DNA of 64,000 bases from assembly GCA_951406725.2 (NCBI GenBank), contig OX597822.1:60636001-60700000 (forward strand), written 5' to 3'. The notes beneath the pieces are model-generated. The model worked only from the letters and a program-made list of their open reading frames with translations, searched no databases and was not told the origin of the DNA. Made by a program: the position numbers and the translations under genes. This stretch comes from Octopus vulgaris (taxonomy: Eukaryota). This document shows positions 24,611-36,600 of the stretch, piece by piece; position 1 is the first letter of the stretch; every line of letters starts with the position of its first letter.

Positions 24611-24945
24611 AGGTGCATGGCTCAGTGGTTAGAGCATCAAGCTTACGATCGTGAGGTTGTGAGCTCGAATCCCGGACTGGGCTGCGTGTTGTGTTCTTGA
24701 GCAAGACACATTTTATTTCACGTTGCTTCAGTTCACTCAGCTGCAGAAATGAGTTGCGACGTCACAGGTGCCAAGCCGTATCGGCCCTTGCCTTTCCCTT
24801 GGATAGCACGGGTGACGTGGATAGGGGAGGCCGGTATGCATGAGCGACTGCTGGTCTTCCATAAACAACATTGCCCGGACGTGTGCCTGGGAAGGTAACT
24901 TTCTAGGTGCAATCGCATGGTCTGTCATGACCGATGGGGCTCACA
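24611..24945 (+). mobile_element. tRNA-derived CORE-type SINE
   Basis: A box TGGCTCAGTGG, B box GCTCGAATCC, CORE-like gtgttcttgagcaagacac..cagttcactcagctg..aaatgagt. Confidence 0.85.
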
Positions 24946-25220
24946 GCAGTACATGTGTGTATGTATATGTATATATGTGTGAGTATATAGATGTGTGTGC
25001 AGGTATATATATACATATACACTTTTAAATATGTATGCAGACTGAAACAGAATTATAAGCTTATATATATATATATTCAAATCACTTTCAAAATGAAATT
25101 TGAATCTCTAGCCTGAAGTATATAGTAGGCCAAATAGACATATCTCTTCATATCTTGCCATAGTAGGGAACAAATTAGAGTGATTTAGAAGAGATCAATA
25201 CATAAAGAGAACAGACTTAC

Positions 25221-25337
25221 CTGAGGAGTGAATGCATACTTGTAAAGTTTAAAGTGTCTAAAATATGTGTCAACCATGTGAAAGGCTATTTTTTTTGCTT
25301 CTGGTATTGAAAACAGTTCCATGTTAAATGCTGGACG
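25221..25337 (-). CDS. CFAP119: CFAP119 exon (most conserved)
   Basis: ttctag|..CAG|gtaagt, 117 nt; RPAFNMELFSIPEAKKIAFHMVDTYFRHFKLYKYAFTPQ, compared with the recalled human RPPFSIDLF..NTYFRHFKLYKYVFTPQ. Confidence 0.95.
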
Positions 25338-26125
25338 CTAGAAATACAAACCAATAAATAAATAGCAGTCAGTTATTGCTGTTTAGTAAAACCTGATCCT
25401 CTTTATGCTCAGATGGGGTCGGATTGCAGTCATCCTGTTTCTTAAAACAGATAGGGTGTGCCAAGGGTTATGTAATCCAATCAATTTATACAATGACTGT
25501 GATATGTCTCAGAAAGAAAGTGTTATATGTAATTTATATATTATGTGTAATTAATATATTAGAGGACACTCATAAATAGTAAAACATATACATCAGCAGA
25601 AAAATTGCCAAATTAGCTATTTTCCAACATCCAGCTAATCTACATCTAATATACTCTGTTAGCTAAGTAGCAAGCAACCACCAGATAAGATCCAACAAGT
25701 TCAAGCACTTTTCTATAGATTATACACTATACACAATGCAACTCACACAAATAGAAATGATAATGCAAACACAGGTAACAAAAAGGTATTTGATAACCAT
25801 CATTATAAAATACAACCAAGAAGTTATGGACATAATTGGAACACTCATTGAAAAGGAATTTACAGTGTTCCATAAAGGACCAGCATTCATAATATTTTAC
25901 AGGTACACAGAATATAGGATCACCATCTTGATAATAGCCTATAATATGCTGTGGATATAACATCACTGATGAGAAACCAATACCTTTCTTGTATGATAGG
26001 CATGTCAGGTTAAGGGGCTAATTTTGATAAAACATTCTGAAAGCTGCATAGTTGATATATAAGCAATCCAACAACCAGTTAACCAAGGAATCCATTAACC
26101 AATTATGAAAGAATAAAAGCATTAT

Positions 26126-26156
<31 letters not shown>

Positions 26157-26169
26157 ATAAATAAATAAA

Positions 26170-26412
26170 TGCGGCCTTTTTAAAGTCTAGCCAGGCTCAT
26201 GGGCCCGGTTTCCTGGTTTCTCTGGCGTATGTGTTCCCCAGCAGGACGCCAGTCCATCGCAGCGTTACTCATTTTTGCCGTCTGAGTGGACTGGAGCAAT
26301 GTGAAATGAAGTGTTTTGCTCAAGAACACAATGCATTGCCCGCTCCAGGAATTGAAACCGCAATCTTACGATCATGGTGCTGGCACCCTAACCACTAAGC
26401 CACATGCCTCCA
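26170..26412 (-). mobile_element. tRNA-derived CORE-type SINE
   Basis: Minus strand TGGCTTAGTGG A box, GTTTCAATTCC B box, gtgttcttgagcaaaacac core. Confidence 0.85.
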
Positions 26413-26696
26413 CACACACACATATATATATACATATTATGTCTGGGGAGAGTCATTTCATTCTGTTTTAAAGCCTTATTAATTAACACACTCACCAGTT
26501 CGATTTCCATTCATATATTTTTATTTTGGCTAAAAAATTTTCATTGCTTCTTGCAACCTCTTCAATAGTTGTTTTGTGAAATATGCCTCAACACAAATTC
26601 ACATAAAAATCTTGCAAACCAATTACAAAAACGAAATATATATATATATGTATATATATGTGTATATGTATATATATGTGTATATGTATATGTGTG

Positions 26697-26745
<49 letters not shown>

Positions 26746-26749
<4 letters not shown>

Positions 26750-26979
26750 CACCATTTGAGCATGACCGTTGCCAGTACTGCCTGACTGACCCTCATGCCG
26801 GTGGAATGTAAAAGCACCCACTACACTCTCAGAGTGGTTGGCATTAGGAAGGGCATCCAGCTGTAGAAACTCTGCCAGATCAGATTGGAGTCTGGTACAG
26901 TCATCTGGTTCACTAGTCCTCAGTCAAATTGTCTAACCCATGCAAGCATGGAAAGCAGACGTTAAATGATGATGATGAT
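26746..26979 (+). mobile_element. RTE 3'-tail fragment
   Basis: aaagcaccc..ggaagggcatccagctgtagaaac..gacgttaaatgatgatgatga is the reverse complement of the RTE tail at 10761. Confidence 0.8.
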
Positions 26980-28439
26980 ATATACATACACTTACTAACA
27001 TTGTGAGGAACCAGAATAATGACCTGTAGGGAGGCAAACAGGCAACTCAACAGTAACATATACAAAAGCTTCCTGGCACATTATTCATCTATCTTAAGAT
27101 TTTATAGCGTATAACCCTTCCTCCCTCTCCACCACAAAATATCCCTCGTTATCTAGGATGACTCAAAATACACCTGATCATCACATGCTACAAATCCTCA
27201 CACTGAAAATCAGAGTAGTTCCTTACATGGCTACTCAAAGCTCTCTTTAAAATCACAACAGTACCTCTGGAAAGTGTTGACAACTGATAGTTCTCCACAA
27301 GAGGCATTAACTCCATGTAAACTAGAATATCACCAACAGAAGATATAAAATTGTCCAGCCACAGCTGGAAAGAGAACACAGATTTGCAGTAGACTTCCCC
27401 TCAACAAGCCACATCTTCATTCTGGAGTTCTGTGCTGCTAACATGTTCTTTACATCTGCTAACAATCCAGTAGCCTTCCAATTGGATACAAATTCTGTGA
27501 GATCTTAGATCCCTAGCACTAAACAATATGGAACATGCAGCATTGCAACTACAGATGGTTCCTCACACTGCACTGAAAAAACATAGGCAACACCCTTGTG
27601 ATGACCAAGTATTGAGATGTGATTATAAAAGTTCACAAGACATTTAATCCCTGCAACAACAACTTCAAATTTATGCAACAGCCTATTCAACTTCACCAGG
27701 TCAGAGTAAACCAATCTTTAATTCTGCAAGAAAGAAGCAAAAAGGGGTATCAGATTCTAAATGTTCACAAAGTCTGAAATACCATATAAGGATGAAAGAA
27801 CTTGTCTGCTGTCTGAACAGAGGTGACACAATTACTCAAGCAGGATCAGTATCGAAAATCTTTAGAGAAATTTTGTCTGCCAAAGACTATACACCATGTT
27901 TTGAGAAATGCGTGTTTATCACAAGAAAAACACAAATACACAAGACAAAGTACAAGACTACAAAGACAAGTAGCAAAGATAGTGGTAGAAAGAAAGAAAG
28001 AAAATGAAGAGAGATACAAAGAAAACTAGGATTATTTCAGCCAAACGATATTAAGTGAACAAATGGAAGATCAATGGAACTTGTCTAATGAAGACTAATT
28101 TTCCTGACAAAATAACAATGCACAGTTTGACTCAGATACAACACCTGTCATTAAACCAGGACAAAACACAAGAAACATGTCATTTTAGTTGATTTTTAAT
28201 CAAATCAGAGAATGAATAATCCAGGCAGTATCTAATTAATATGTTAAAAGGAAAAGTCACTTATTATTTAATATTCTTTAATATTCCAATATATAGAGAC
28301 ATACATAAAATAGATCAGCAAAGCAGCAGTTACGTCTCAGAATATATAAACATTTTAGAAGGCAGTACAGAGTAACATAGTAAAAACATATACAAATGCA
28401 GGTGTTAATTGGACACATCATCATCATCACTATGATCAT

Positions 28440-28655
28440 TTTATTCTTTTATCCTTTTACTTGTTTCAGTCATTTGCTGAAGCACCACCTTTAGTTGAGC
28501 AAATTGACTCCAGGACTTATTCTTTGTAAGTCTAGTGCTTATTCTATCAGTCTCTTTTTGCCAAACCACAAAGTTACAGGGACATAAACACACCAGCATT
28601 GGTTGTCAAACAATGTTGGTGAGACACAGACACACAGTCAAACATGCACACATAC
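28440..28655 (-). mobile_element. 3' half of the microsatellite-containing SINE
   Basis: Reverse complement of the 3' part of 28872-29278. Confidence 0.75.
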
Positions 28656-28871
28656 ATATATGTGTGTGTGGGCCTTGTATTAGAGAAGTCACAGATAATG
28701 CAAAATATATTATTTTCTACGTATACTGTGACATATATAAGGGACATGTCATAAACAATGTGCAACTGACATCGGTAGTGTGGCATACAGGAAGGAGAGT
28801 GTAACTAATCGGACACTGTGACATATAGTAGAGAGTGTGTCATAGGGAATATAAGCGACATGAGAAGAAGT

Positions 28872-29015
28872 TTGTGGTAAGTAGCTTGCTTACGAACCAC
28901 ATGGTTCCGGGTTCAGTCTGCGTGGCACCTTGGGCAAGTGTCTTCTACTATAGCCTCGGGCCGACCAAAGCCTTGTGAGTGGATTTGGTAGATGGAAACT
29001 GAAAGGAGCCCATTG

Positions 29016-29075
<60 letters not shown>

Positions 29076-29278
29076 TGTGTTTGTCCCCCCAACATTGCTT
29101 GACAACCGATGCTGGTGTGTTTATATCCCCATAATTTAGCGGTTCGGCAAAAGAGACCAATAGAATAAGTAATAAGCTTACAAAGAATAAGTCCTGGGGT
29201 CGATTTGCTTGACTAAAGGCAGTGCTGCAGCATGGCCACAGTCAAATGACTGAAAAAGTAAAAGAGTAAAAGAGAGTA
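28872..29278 (+). mobile_element. tRNA-derived SINE with internal (GT)n and (AAAAGAGT)-like tail
   Basis: tggtaag..ggttcagtc head, CORE-like accttgggcaagtgtctt, internal (GT)n, tail gactgaaaaagtaaaagagtaaaag. Confidence 0.85.
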
Positions 29279-29424
29279 ACATATGTTAAAGAGTGTGTTA
29301 GAAGTATTTAAGCTATGAGGAGTGTCATAGATAAAGTGACATAATTGAGGAGTGTCATAGACTGTATGATTTGTATTAGAGGAAATGTTATAGTATGACA
29401 GATATTAGTGGGAGCTTAACTTAC

Positions 29425-29495
29425 GAGGATACAATGACGGATGAGGAGATCTTCAAAATAGTCGAACGTTTCTTCGATTCTAACAAAGGAGTTTT
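29425..29495 (-). CDS. CFAP119: CFAP119 exon
   Basis: ttttcag|..CTC|gtaagt, 71 nt; ENSFVRIEETFDYFEDLLIRHCIL. Confidence 0.9.
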
Positions 29496-30354
29496 CTGAA
29501 AAGGATAAAATAGATTTTGGATGAAGTGCAATGTCTTGACATATTAAAATGATTTGTTGCTATGAAATTAAATAGTAAATGACATTGTATTGTTTAACTT
29601 AAAATTTAATAATTGGTTGTTCTTGTTTAAACTATATAAAATAAACATTTTTGGTGCAATTTTTTCTTTAGATTAGACTCTAAATGCTGGATGTGTTTCA
29701 CTAAACGTTATTAGTGAAATTATACTTAGTTTAAATGTTAAGTGTTGGTAGTTTTGTTTTATGTAGACCAAATGAACATGGTTAGAAAAATTGTATTGGT
29801 TGACTTAAAATATAAATATTAAGTGTTGGAGGTTGTTTTTTCTAAATTAGACGTAGACCAGATAGGCTGATTTCACCTTTGAAGAAATTTTAAAATCCTG
29901 TTTTCACTTGACATTTATAACTATTCCCCACAATCAACTTATTTCAAAATTCACATCATTAGGAAATCCTATTTCCAAAAAAAAAAAAAATTAACTCCTT
30001 TAATATATTTTTTATTGAAATACACCAATATGTGTAAGTCAATTAAATTCTGAAACAATCATTAATCTAGATTGATTTCATAAAAACATTTATTTAATGA
30101 TAGTTATCTTTTATTTATTGATAGCTGGAATTTTCGTCTCAAAAGTACTCTAATTACGAGTAAAAGTAAAATTTAAAATATAAAGTTACTTTAATTTTAT
30201 ATAAATATCACCATTTTAAATTAATTGTTAACCAGCATTGTATAACATTACATTATGTCATATTAAACTAGATTAGGTGTCTTATATCATCAAATTAGAA
30301 TGACTATTCAACCAAAAGCAGTCTGTTTGTATCAATTAAATAAACGTTATACTG

Positions 30355-30652
30355 AAGGCACATAGCCTAATGGTTTGGGTGTTGCAATCACAATTGCTAG
30401 ATCATGGTTTCAATTCCTGAACTAAGCGGTGCATTGTACTCTTGAGCTAAAACACTTCATTTCACATTGCTCTGCAATCATTTCAACACCTGACACATAA
30501 CGCACTTATGTACCTGTACAGGCAATGGGTATTTGATGGAGGGAATGAGCTAATGTACAGCAAAAACATTTAATCACTATAAACATATCATTTGTGCAGG
30601 TTGTTCAGTAAACACTGAACACTCATACGTCATCTTTGACAGGAGAGTCCAT
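30355..30652 (+). mobile_element. tRNA-derived CORE-type SINE (older copy)
   Basis: aaggcacatagcctaatggtt..ggtttcaattcc..ttgtactcttgagctaaaacacttcatttcacattgctc. Confidence 0.75.
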
Positions 30653-30656
30653 CACA

Positions 30657-31091
30657 CTTTTACTCTTTTACTTGTTTCAGTCATTTGACTATGGCCATGC
30701 TGGAGCACGGCCTTTAGTCAAGCAAAGTGACACCAGGACTTATTCTTTGTAAGCCTAGTACTTATCCTATCAGTCTCTTTTGCTGAACCGCTAAGTTAAA
30801 GGGACATAAACACACCAGCATCAGTTGTCAAGCAATGTTGGGGGGACAAACACAGACACACAAACATATACACACACACATACATATACATATATATATA
30901 TAAACTGAAAGAGGCCCATCGTATATACACATATATACAACAGGCCACTTTCAGTTTCCATCTACCAAATCCACTCACAAGGCTTTGGTTGGCCCGAGGC
31001 TATAGAAGACACTTGCCCAAGGTGCCACGCAGTGGGACTGAACCCGGACCCATGTGGTTGGTAAGCAAGCTACTTACCACACAGCCACTCT
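30657..31091 (-). mobile_element. Full-length microsatellite-containing SINE
   Basis: Reverse complement of 28872-29278, including the 5' head gagtggctgtgtggtaag. Confidence 0.88.
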
Positions 31092-31710
31092 TACACTGAA
31101 AATTTAATTTTTATTAAGGTGCTTTACCTCAATAGTTGTTGGTTTCAAATGAATGCAACACAGTATAACAAACATGAGACATGGTGTTTAGTATACAACT
31201 GATTGCTATGTTAATGTATATGGTCAAGTATTGCGGCATAATTTTCCATCTGACAGATATCATTCATACGAAGTGCTATTGCTACATGTTGTTACCTTGT
31301 AAAAAACCTAGTAACAATTCTAGAAAACAGTTTTGTAAAAAAGATGTTTGCAGCACCTAAACCACCACTTATCAGAAATCCAAACCATGACCTAGTGTTT
31401 ATTGTTGACTCTCTGAAACAATTACTTTAAGCGTGGGTTATAAGCCATCAAATATGGGACATACAGTATTCTATACTATATCGATATAGTGTCCTATATT
31501 GTGTACACATAGTCCTATACTATACAAATAAGCATCCTGTTGTTATGTTAACTAATACTGCAGCAGGCAAGTGATTTTGATACTGTCCTACACTGTGTAT
31601 ACATAATATAATGAGATTGACTAGACATATATTGACAGATTGTGAGTTCAATAACTATGTAGTTTATGTAGGAAAATACCTCAGGCAAATATCTAATTAT
31701 CAAAGCAATT

Positions 31711-31985
31711 ATCATCAACATCATCGTTTAACATCCGCCTTCCATGCTAGCATGGGTCGGACAATTTGTCTGAGGACTGGCGAACTAGATGGCTGCACCA
31801 GGCTCCAATCTGATCTGGCAGAGTTTCTCCAGCTGGATGCCCTTCCTAATGCCAACTACTCCGAGAGAGTGTAGTGGGTGATGCCACCGGCACGAGGGCC
31901 AGTCAGGCAGTACTGGCAACAGCCATGCTCAAATGGTGCTTTTTACATGCCACCTGCACAAGAGCCAGTCCAGTGGCACTGCAGT
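31711..31985 (-). mobile_element. RTE 3'-tail fragment
   Basis: catcgtttaacatccgccttccatgctagcatggg..ctggatgcccttcctaatgccaac. Confidence 0.8.
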
Positions 31986-32186
31986 TGATTTATGATGATC
32001 ATCTACTCAGAAGGTAGCAACATGATATTAGAACTTATACATGTAAACAGTGAAGAGTAAAATTGCCAGATCATATACTATGGATTATATGATATGGTAT
32101 CAGATAAAACCGAAACATATCTGTAATGTAGGGACCCTGCATGTGTTGTGTGCTTGCGCACACACATGCACATATGCATGTTACTT

Positions 32187-32320
32187 CCTAACATATTTGT
32201 GATACTGAATCTGGTGACCCCTAATATATTTGTGGTACTGAGACTGTGTATGATGGTCCCTAATATATTCTCTAGTACTGGAACTAAGTATGTGGTATCC
32301 CTAACATATCTTTGATACAA
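32187..32320. repeat. Degenerate minisatellite (~33-40-bp unit, ~4 copies)
   Basis: Repeated cctaa(c/t)atatt..tactg units. Confidence 0.6.
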
Positions 32321-32462
32321 GAACTATCGTTTCCATAATATATAATTGACCAACTTTGTCATACATTAATATCCAACAGAATCTCTGTCTAGAAATTGTC
32401 GATAACAACATCAAAACCAAAGTGACTAAAAGACATAAACAGATAAAATAAAATAGACTTAC

Positions 32463-32632
32463 CCACACAGAATTCATGAACATCTTTCACAATTGAAAAA
32501 TAAACAGACAACTGTCTAGTTGAGAATTCTTTATCCCTTGCATATTGTATAGCATATACATACAAGTGAAGCAGAATCTCTTCTTGGAGATCTTCCTCAT
32601 AATTAGTGAGATCGAAGATTTCAGCAAGGATA
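32463..32632 (-). CDS. CFAP119: CFAP119 exon
   Basis: ctttag|..GTGG|gtaagt, 170 nt; ILAEIFDLTNYEEDLQEEILLHLYVYAIQYARDKEFSTRQLSVYFSIVKDVHEFCV. Confidence 0.92.
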
Positions 32633-33507
32633 CTAAAGGACAACAAAAAGAATTGAAAGAGAAAATATTAAAAATGTTTTTTTTTTAATGTTTTATGTAT
32701 TTGTTTGGCAAGATTGAAACAGATATTGCTATATTTAGGAATGGTAATCTTTTGCCAATTAAACACACACCATTTTTTGATCTTCTCTTTAGTTTCTTCA
32801 TCATCATCATCATCATCATCATTTTCAGTTTATTTGCCTGTTAAATTTCTTTTATCATATTCTGCAACATCCTCAATGACTCTCTGTGCCATGTGTCCCC
32901 TCTTGCTCTGTCTATTCAATTTTGTCCTTAGGAGTTGCTTAAGAGATCACAGAATGTGTGACAAAAGACCTTTGACAGACAAATAAGCTAAAAATAATAA
33001 TACTAAAGCTAAAATGAAGATCAACTAAGTGGTGTGTGTGTGTGTTTAATTGGCAAAAGATGACCATCCTCAAGTACAACAATATTAAACATGTTAAAAG
33101 AGATTCAAGTACCACTAATTTTATTGCTAAAACTGTTTTGATGTTTCTGGTAGGGCACCTTGGCATGTTTACCCATTACCTAATCCTAGGGTATGCATAA
33201 AAGCTAAGAATTTTAAGGAAGGAGGAACAGTCACAAGAACATTTCTGAGTAAATTTTATAGCAATGATATAAAATGTAAACAATGTATAAAAGTATTTTA
33301 TAGACTCAGTTTTGTTCTTTTCCTGCATCAGCCTTCATGAAACTGACATGTTCTATTCCTGAACATCCTATCTATTTTTTTGTTTGTTTCAGATCTTCAG
33401 ATACTGGGGCTCACTGAGGAAATAACAAGGGATGGAAGATGTGGCAATTTGCTATGTCAAGCTAAGTAAAATTGCTGTCTTACACACATACAGGCTTGTC
33501 CTTACAG

Positions 33508-33862
33508 GTACTGGTGCCACACAAAAAGCAACCATGCCAGTGCTGTATTGACACACCCATGCTGGTGTTGCATGAACATACCTGTGCCAGTGACACATAA
33601 AAAGCACCCAGAGCACACTCTGTTAAGTGGGTGGCATGAGGAAGGGCATCCAGTCATTGAAACCATGCCTCAACAGACGGCTCCATATATATATACATAT
33701 ATACGACGGGCTTCTTTCAGTTTCCATCTACCAAATCCACTGACAAGGCTTTGGTCAGCCTGAGGCTATAGTAGAAGACACGTAGGTGCCACGCAGTGGG
33801 ACTGAACCCAGAACCATTTGGTTCATAAGCAAGCTACTTGCCACATAGCCACTCCTATGCCT
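33508..33862. mobile_element. RTE-tail fragment (+) abutting the 5' half of a microsatellite SINE (-)
   Basis: aaaagcaccc..gaagggcatccag (33508-33672); ctttcagtttccatctaccaaatccac..atagccactcct (33700-33860). Confidence 0.7.
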
Positions 33863-33898
33863 TTATGATGAAATGTAATATTTAAAATAAATACTTAC

Positions 33899-33964
33899 TC
33901 TCTCACATCAATCAGTGTTGGAGCATCTAAGAGTTCTTGTGCTTGGTCAGCATTCAAGTCATTC
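33899..33964 (-). CDS. CFAP119: CFAP119 exon
   Basis: cacag|..GA|gtaagt, 66 nt; (W)NDLNADQAQELLDAPTLIDVR(D); phases match both neighbours. Confidence 0.85.
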
Positions 33965-34040
33965 CTGTGGTTATTTCAACATAAACAACAAAAGATAAAA
34001 TTATATATACTATTCAAGAAATCCCAAAACATTCCATTTA

Positions 34041-34603
34041 TTGGGTTGTCCGGAAAATTCATGCCGATTTATAGTAGCTTACCTTTCGACTTATTTTAGA
34101 ACATGGTTGAGTCCATAAAATAGGATTTGACTACACCTCCATTTAGAGCACAGTTTAAGCTATCTTTTCGTGGAAGAAGGATTTATGTTCCTATAACCTG
34201 TGTTAATTCTGTAACCCTTTAAAATGGAAGATAAGTTCATTTTCAGCACTTGATGCTTTGGGAACCAGACAAAAATTGCTGCAGTTCGGCTGGAATGTGT
34301 TACCCCACCCTCCATATTCACCAGATATTGCTCCTTCAGATTTCCACTTATTCAGGTCTCTGCAGAATAGTCTTAACGGTAAGAATTTCAATTCCTTGGA
34401 TGACATAAAAAGGTACCTTGATGAATTCTTTGCCATGAAATCACCTCAATTCTGGGAAGAGGGTATTTTCAAGTTAAAGGAAAGATGGAGATGCATTGTG
34501 CAACAAAATGGTTCATATTTGGTTGATTAAAAATGTAATGGCAAGTATTTATTGATCTTTTTCTTTCCTTTAAAAACCGGCACAAACTTTCCGGACAACC
34601 CAA
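34041..34603 (+). mobile_element. Mariner internal-deletion derivative
   Basis: TIRs plus TA TSD; ORF 34258-34530 WNVLPHPPYSPDIAPSDFHLFRSLQNSL is the mariner catalytic C-terminus. Confidence 0.95.
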
Positions 34604-34831
34604 TATATGCAGAACTTTTTCTATACTAATAAATTCTCTTTTCTAAAATATTATTTAAATAAATTGCAAAAAGTAAAAATGTCTTTCTCTAAATATAATT
34701 ATAAATGTATATATATTTCTTCAGTGCAATAGTATCCAAATGGAGTTAACTATTTGATACTGCATGATTAAAGATAACTATTAACTGGTCATAATAGGAT
34801 TTTGTAGTGTTCATTCATTTACCAAAAAATA

Positions 34832-35030
34832 TTGGTTTCAAATTTTGGCACAAGGCCAGCAATTTCAAGGGAATTGGTAAGTTGGTTACATTGTCCCGTG
34901 CTCAGCTGGTACTTATTTTATTGACTCTGAAAGGATGAAAAGCAGAGTCAACTTTGGTGGAATTTGAACTCAGAATGTTCGAAGATGGACAAATTGCTGC
35001 TAAGCATTTTGCCCGGCATGCTAATGATTC
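34832..35030 (-). mobile_element. SINE, same family as 21511-21744
   Basis: ggtacttattttattgactctgaaaggatgaaa..gtggaatttgaactcagaa..gctaagcattttgcccggcatgctaa. Confidence 0.75.
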
Positions 35031-35032
35031 TG

Positions 35033-35385
35033 TGTTGTATAGTGAAACTGTACACCCCTCCTGGTAAAAAGTGGTAGCAACCAACCATTATAAATATACC
35101 AGTAGCCAGTCGACAGGAGAAGGTTGGAAGGTCAAAAGTATGTGTAGACTGTGTTGATAGTCATGTCTGTACTGAAAAAGTAATTATACTGTGATACTGA
35201 GTGGACGTTATATCAATCCAACATTTTGAGGATAATAACACTGTATGACTGGAGGCCATGCAGTGGCAGATAGAACCATTCTATCGACGACTTTCGAATA
35301 TAACAATATCTGTCAGAACGACAACCATCGTTAAAAGACAGATACAACAGTGGCAAAAGGCCACTTTACAACAGTGGCGACGAGG
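35033..35385 (+). mobile_element. Gypsy LTR plus PBS, related to the 4476 provirus
   Basis: TGT..ACA (35033-35373), shared gtacacccctcc..cattataaata motifs, followed by GTGGCGACGAGG. Confidence 0.75.
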
Positions 35386-35561
35386 AAAAACAAATTTACA
35401 TGGAATAAAAAAAAAAACATTCACACAGAGAGTTTGAACTAATTGATGCTATAGTAATGTTCTGCTGTGTTGTTAGTTTCTTTAGCTGAGAATGAAAGTT
35501 AGAGTGCTGCTAGCAATAGATACAAAATACTTCAATTAGATGTAGTTAACAATAGACTTAC

Positions 35562-35593
35562 CAAATAACAACTTTGCCAGTGAAAGAAGATAG
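35562..35593 (-). CDS. CFAP119: CFAP119 most 5' confidently placed coding exon
   Basis: ttttctctag|CTA..TG|gtaagt, 32 nt; LSSFTGKVVI(W), with the split Trp codon completed by the next exon. Confidence 0.75.
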
Positions 35594-36344
35594 CTAGAGA
35601 AAATGAAGCAGTTAATGTACAGCTAATTAATTCAAGATTTAAGCACAGTTAAAAATTACTTCTTTTTAATTATTTAGTCAGTGTAGGAGTTATCTAAATA
35701 TTACAAAACTAATTGTTACATGATTTAAGCAAAGTTACAAAATGATCTTTTAAAATCATTTAGTCAGAAAAGAATGTATAGCACCTGTGTCCACTCTTGA
35801 CTGTCTCCGATTGATACAGACTTAGATTTCTGCATTTTTATAAGAAAAATGCTGACAAAGGAGGAGTTCCAAAGAGATGTATCTATGAGGCAACAGGATT
35901 AGCTGAAAACATTTAGTGCAATTAGATACACCATACAGATGATCATAGAAAGAAATAGGTGGGCATACCAGTTGGGTTAAGGGACATAAAAACCTTTGTG
36001 ACCAACTTTTATGTTAGAGATAAGCATAAGGCAACACACACCCTCCAAGTGGCTCGAAAGAAATGATGCAAGGGCTATTTCAGTATGGGTGGTAGATAGA
36101 GATGGAGGAAACAACCCATCTATGGATTATTTGCTATAGCCTGCAGGGGTAACAGTCTTCCTTAACCTGTCAGATGGCTTAATATGATGATAGCATTTAT
36201 ATAAGTGTTTATAGACAGTCGACCTATAGAATTCACAGTATTTACAGTTATATCATGACTCACAGAGCCTTGAACAAGGTTTACTATCATCATCAAGAAT
36301 CAAAACATACCATTCATAATATCAATACTCCAAAATTAATATAT

Positions 36345-36600
36345 CCATCACCATCATTATCATTTAACGTCCATTTTCCATGCTGGCATGGGTTGGATGG
36401 TTTGACACGAGCAGGCCAGCTGAAGAGCTTCCCAGGCTCCAAGTCAGTTTTGGCATGGTTTCTAAAGCTGAATGTCCTTCCTAATGTCAACCACTTTACA
36501 GAGTGTACTGGGTGCTTTTACACAACACCAGTATGGGTGCATTCATATGGCACCAGAACAGGTGCTTTTTACATGGCACCAGCACCTATGAGCCTACAAG
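36345..36600 (-). mobile_element. RTE 3'-tail fragment
   Basis: catcattatcatttaacgtccattttccatgctggcatgggttgg..gggtgctttt. Confidence 0.75.

Noticed and set aside
24611-24685. tRNA gene
   Set aside because: A/B boxes are present, but it continues into a CORE-like SINE body and lacks a proper acceptor stem.
26569-26821. Tyr/Ile-rich ORFs
   Set aside because: (TA)n/(TATG)n microsatellite.
27050-28150. Possible old retroelement remnant
   Set aside because: It has a coding-like texture, but I could not recover any diagnostic motif with confidence.
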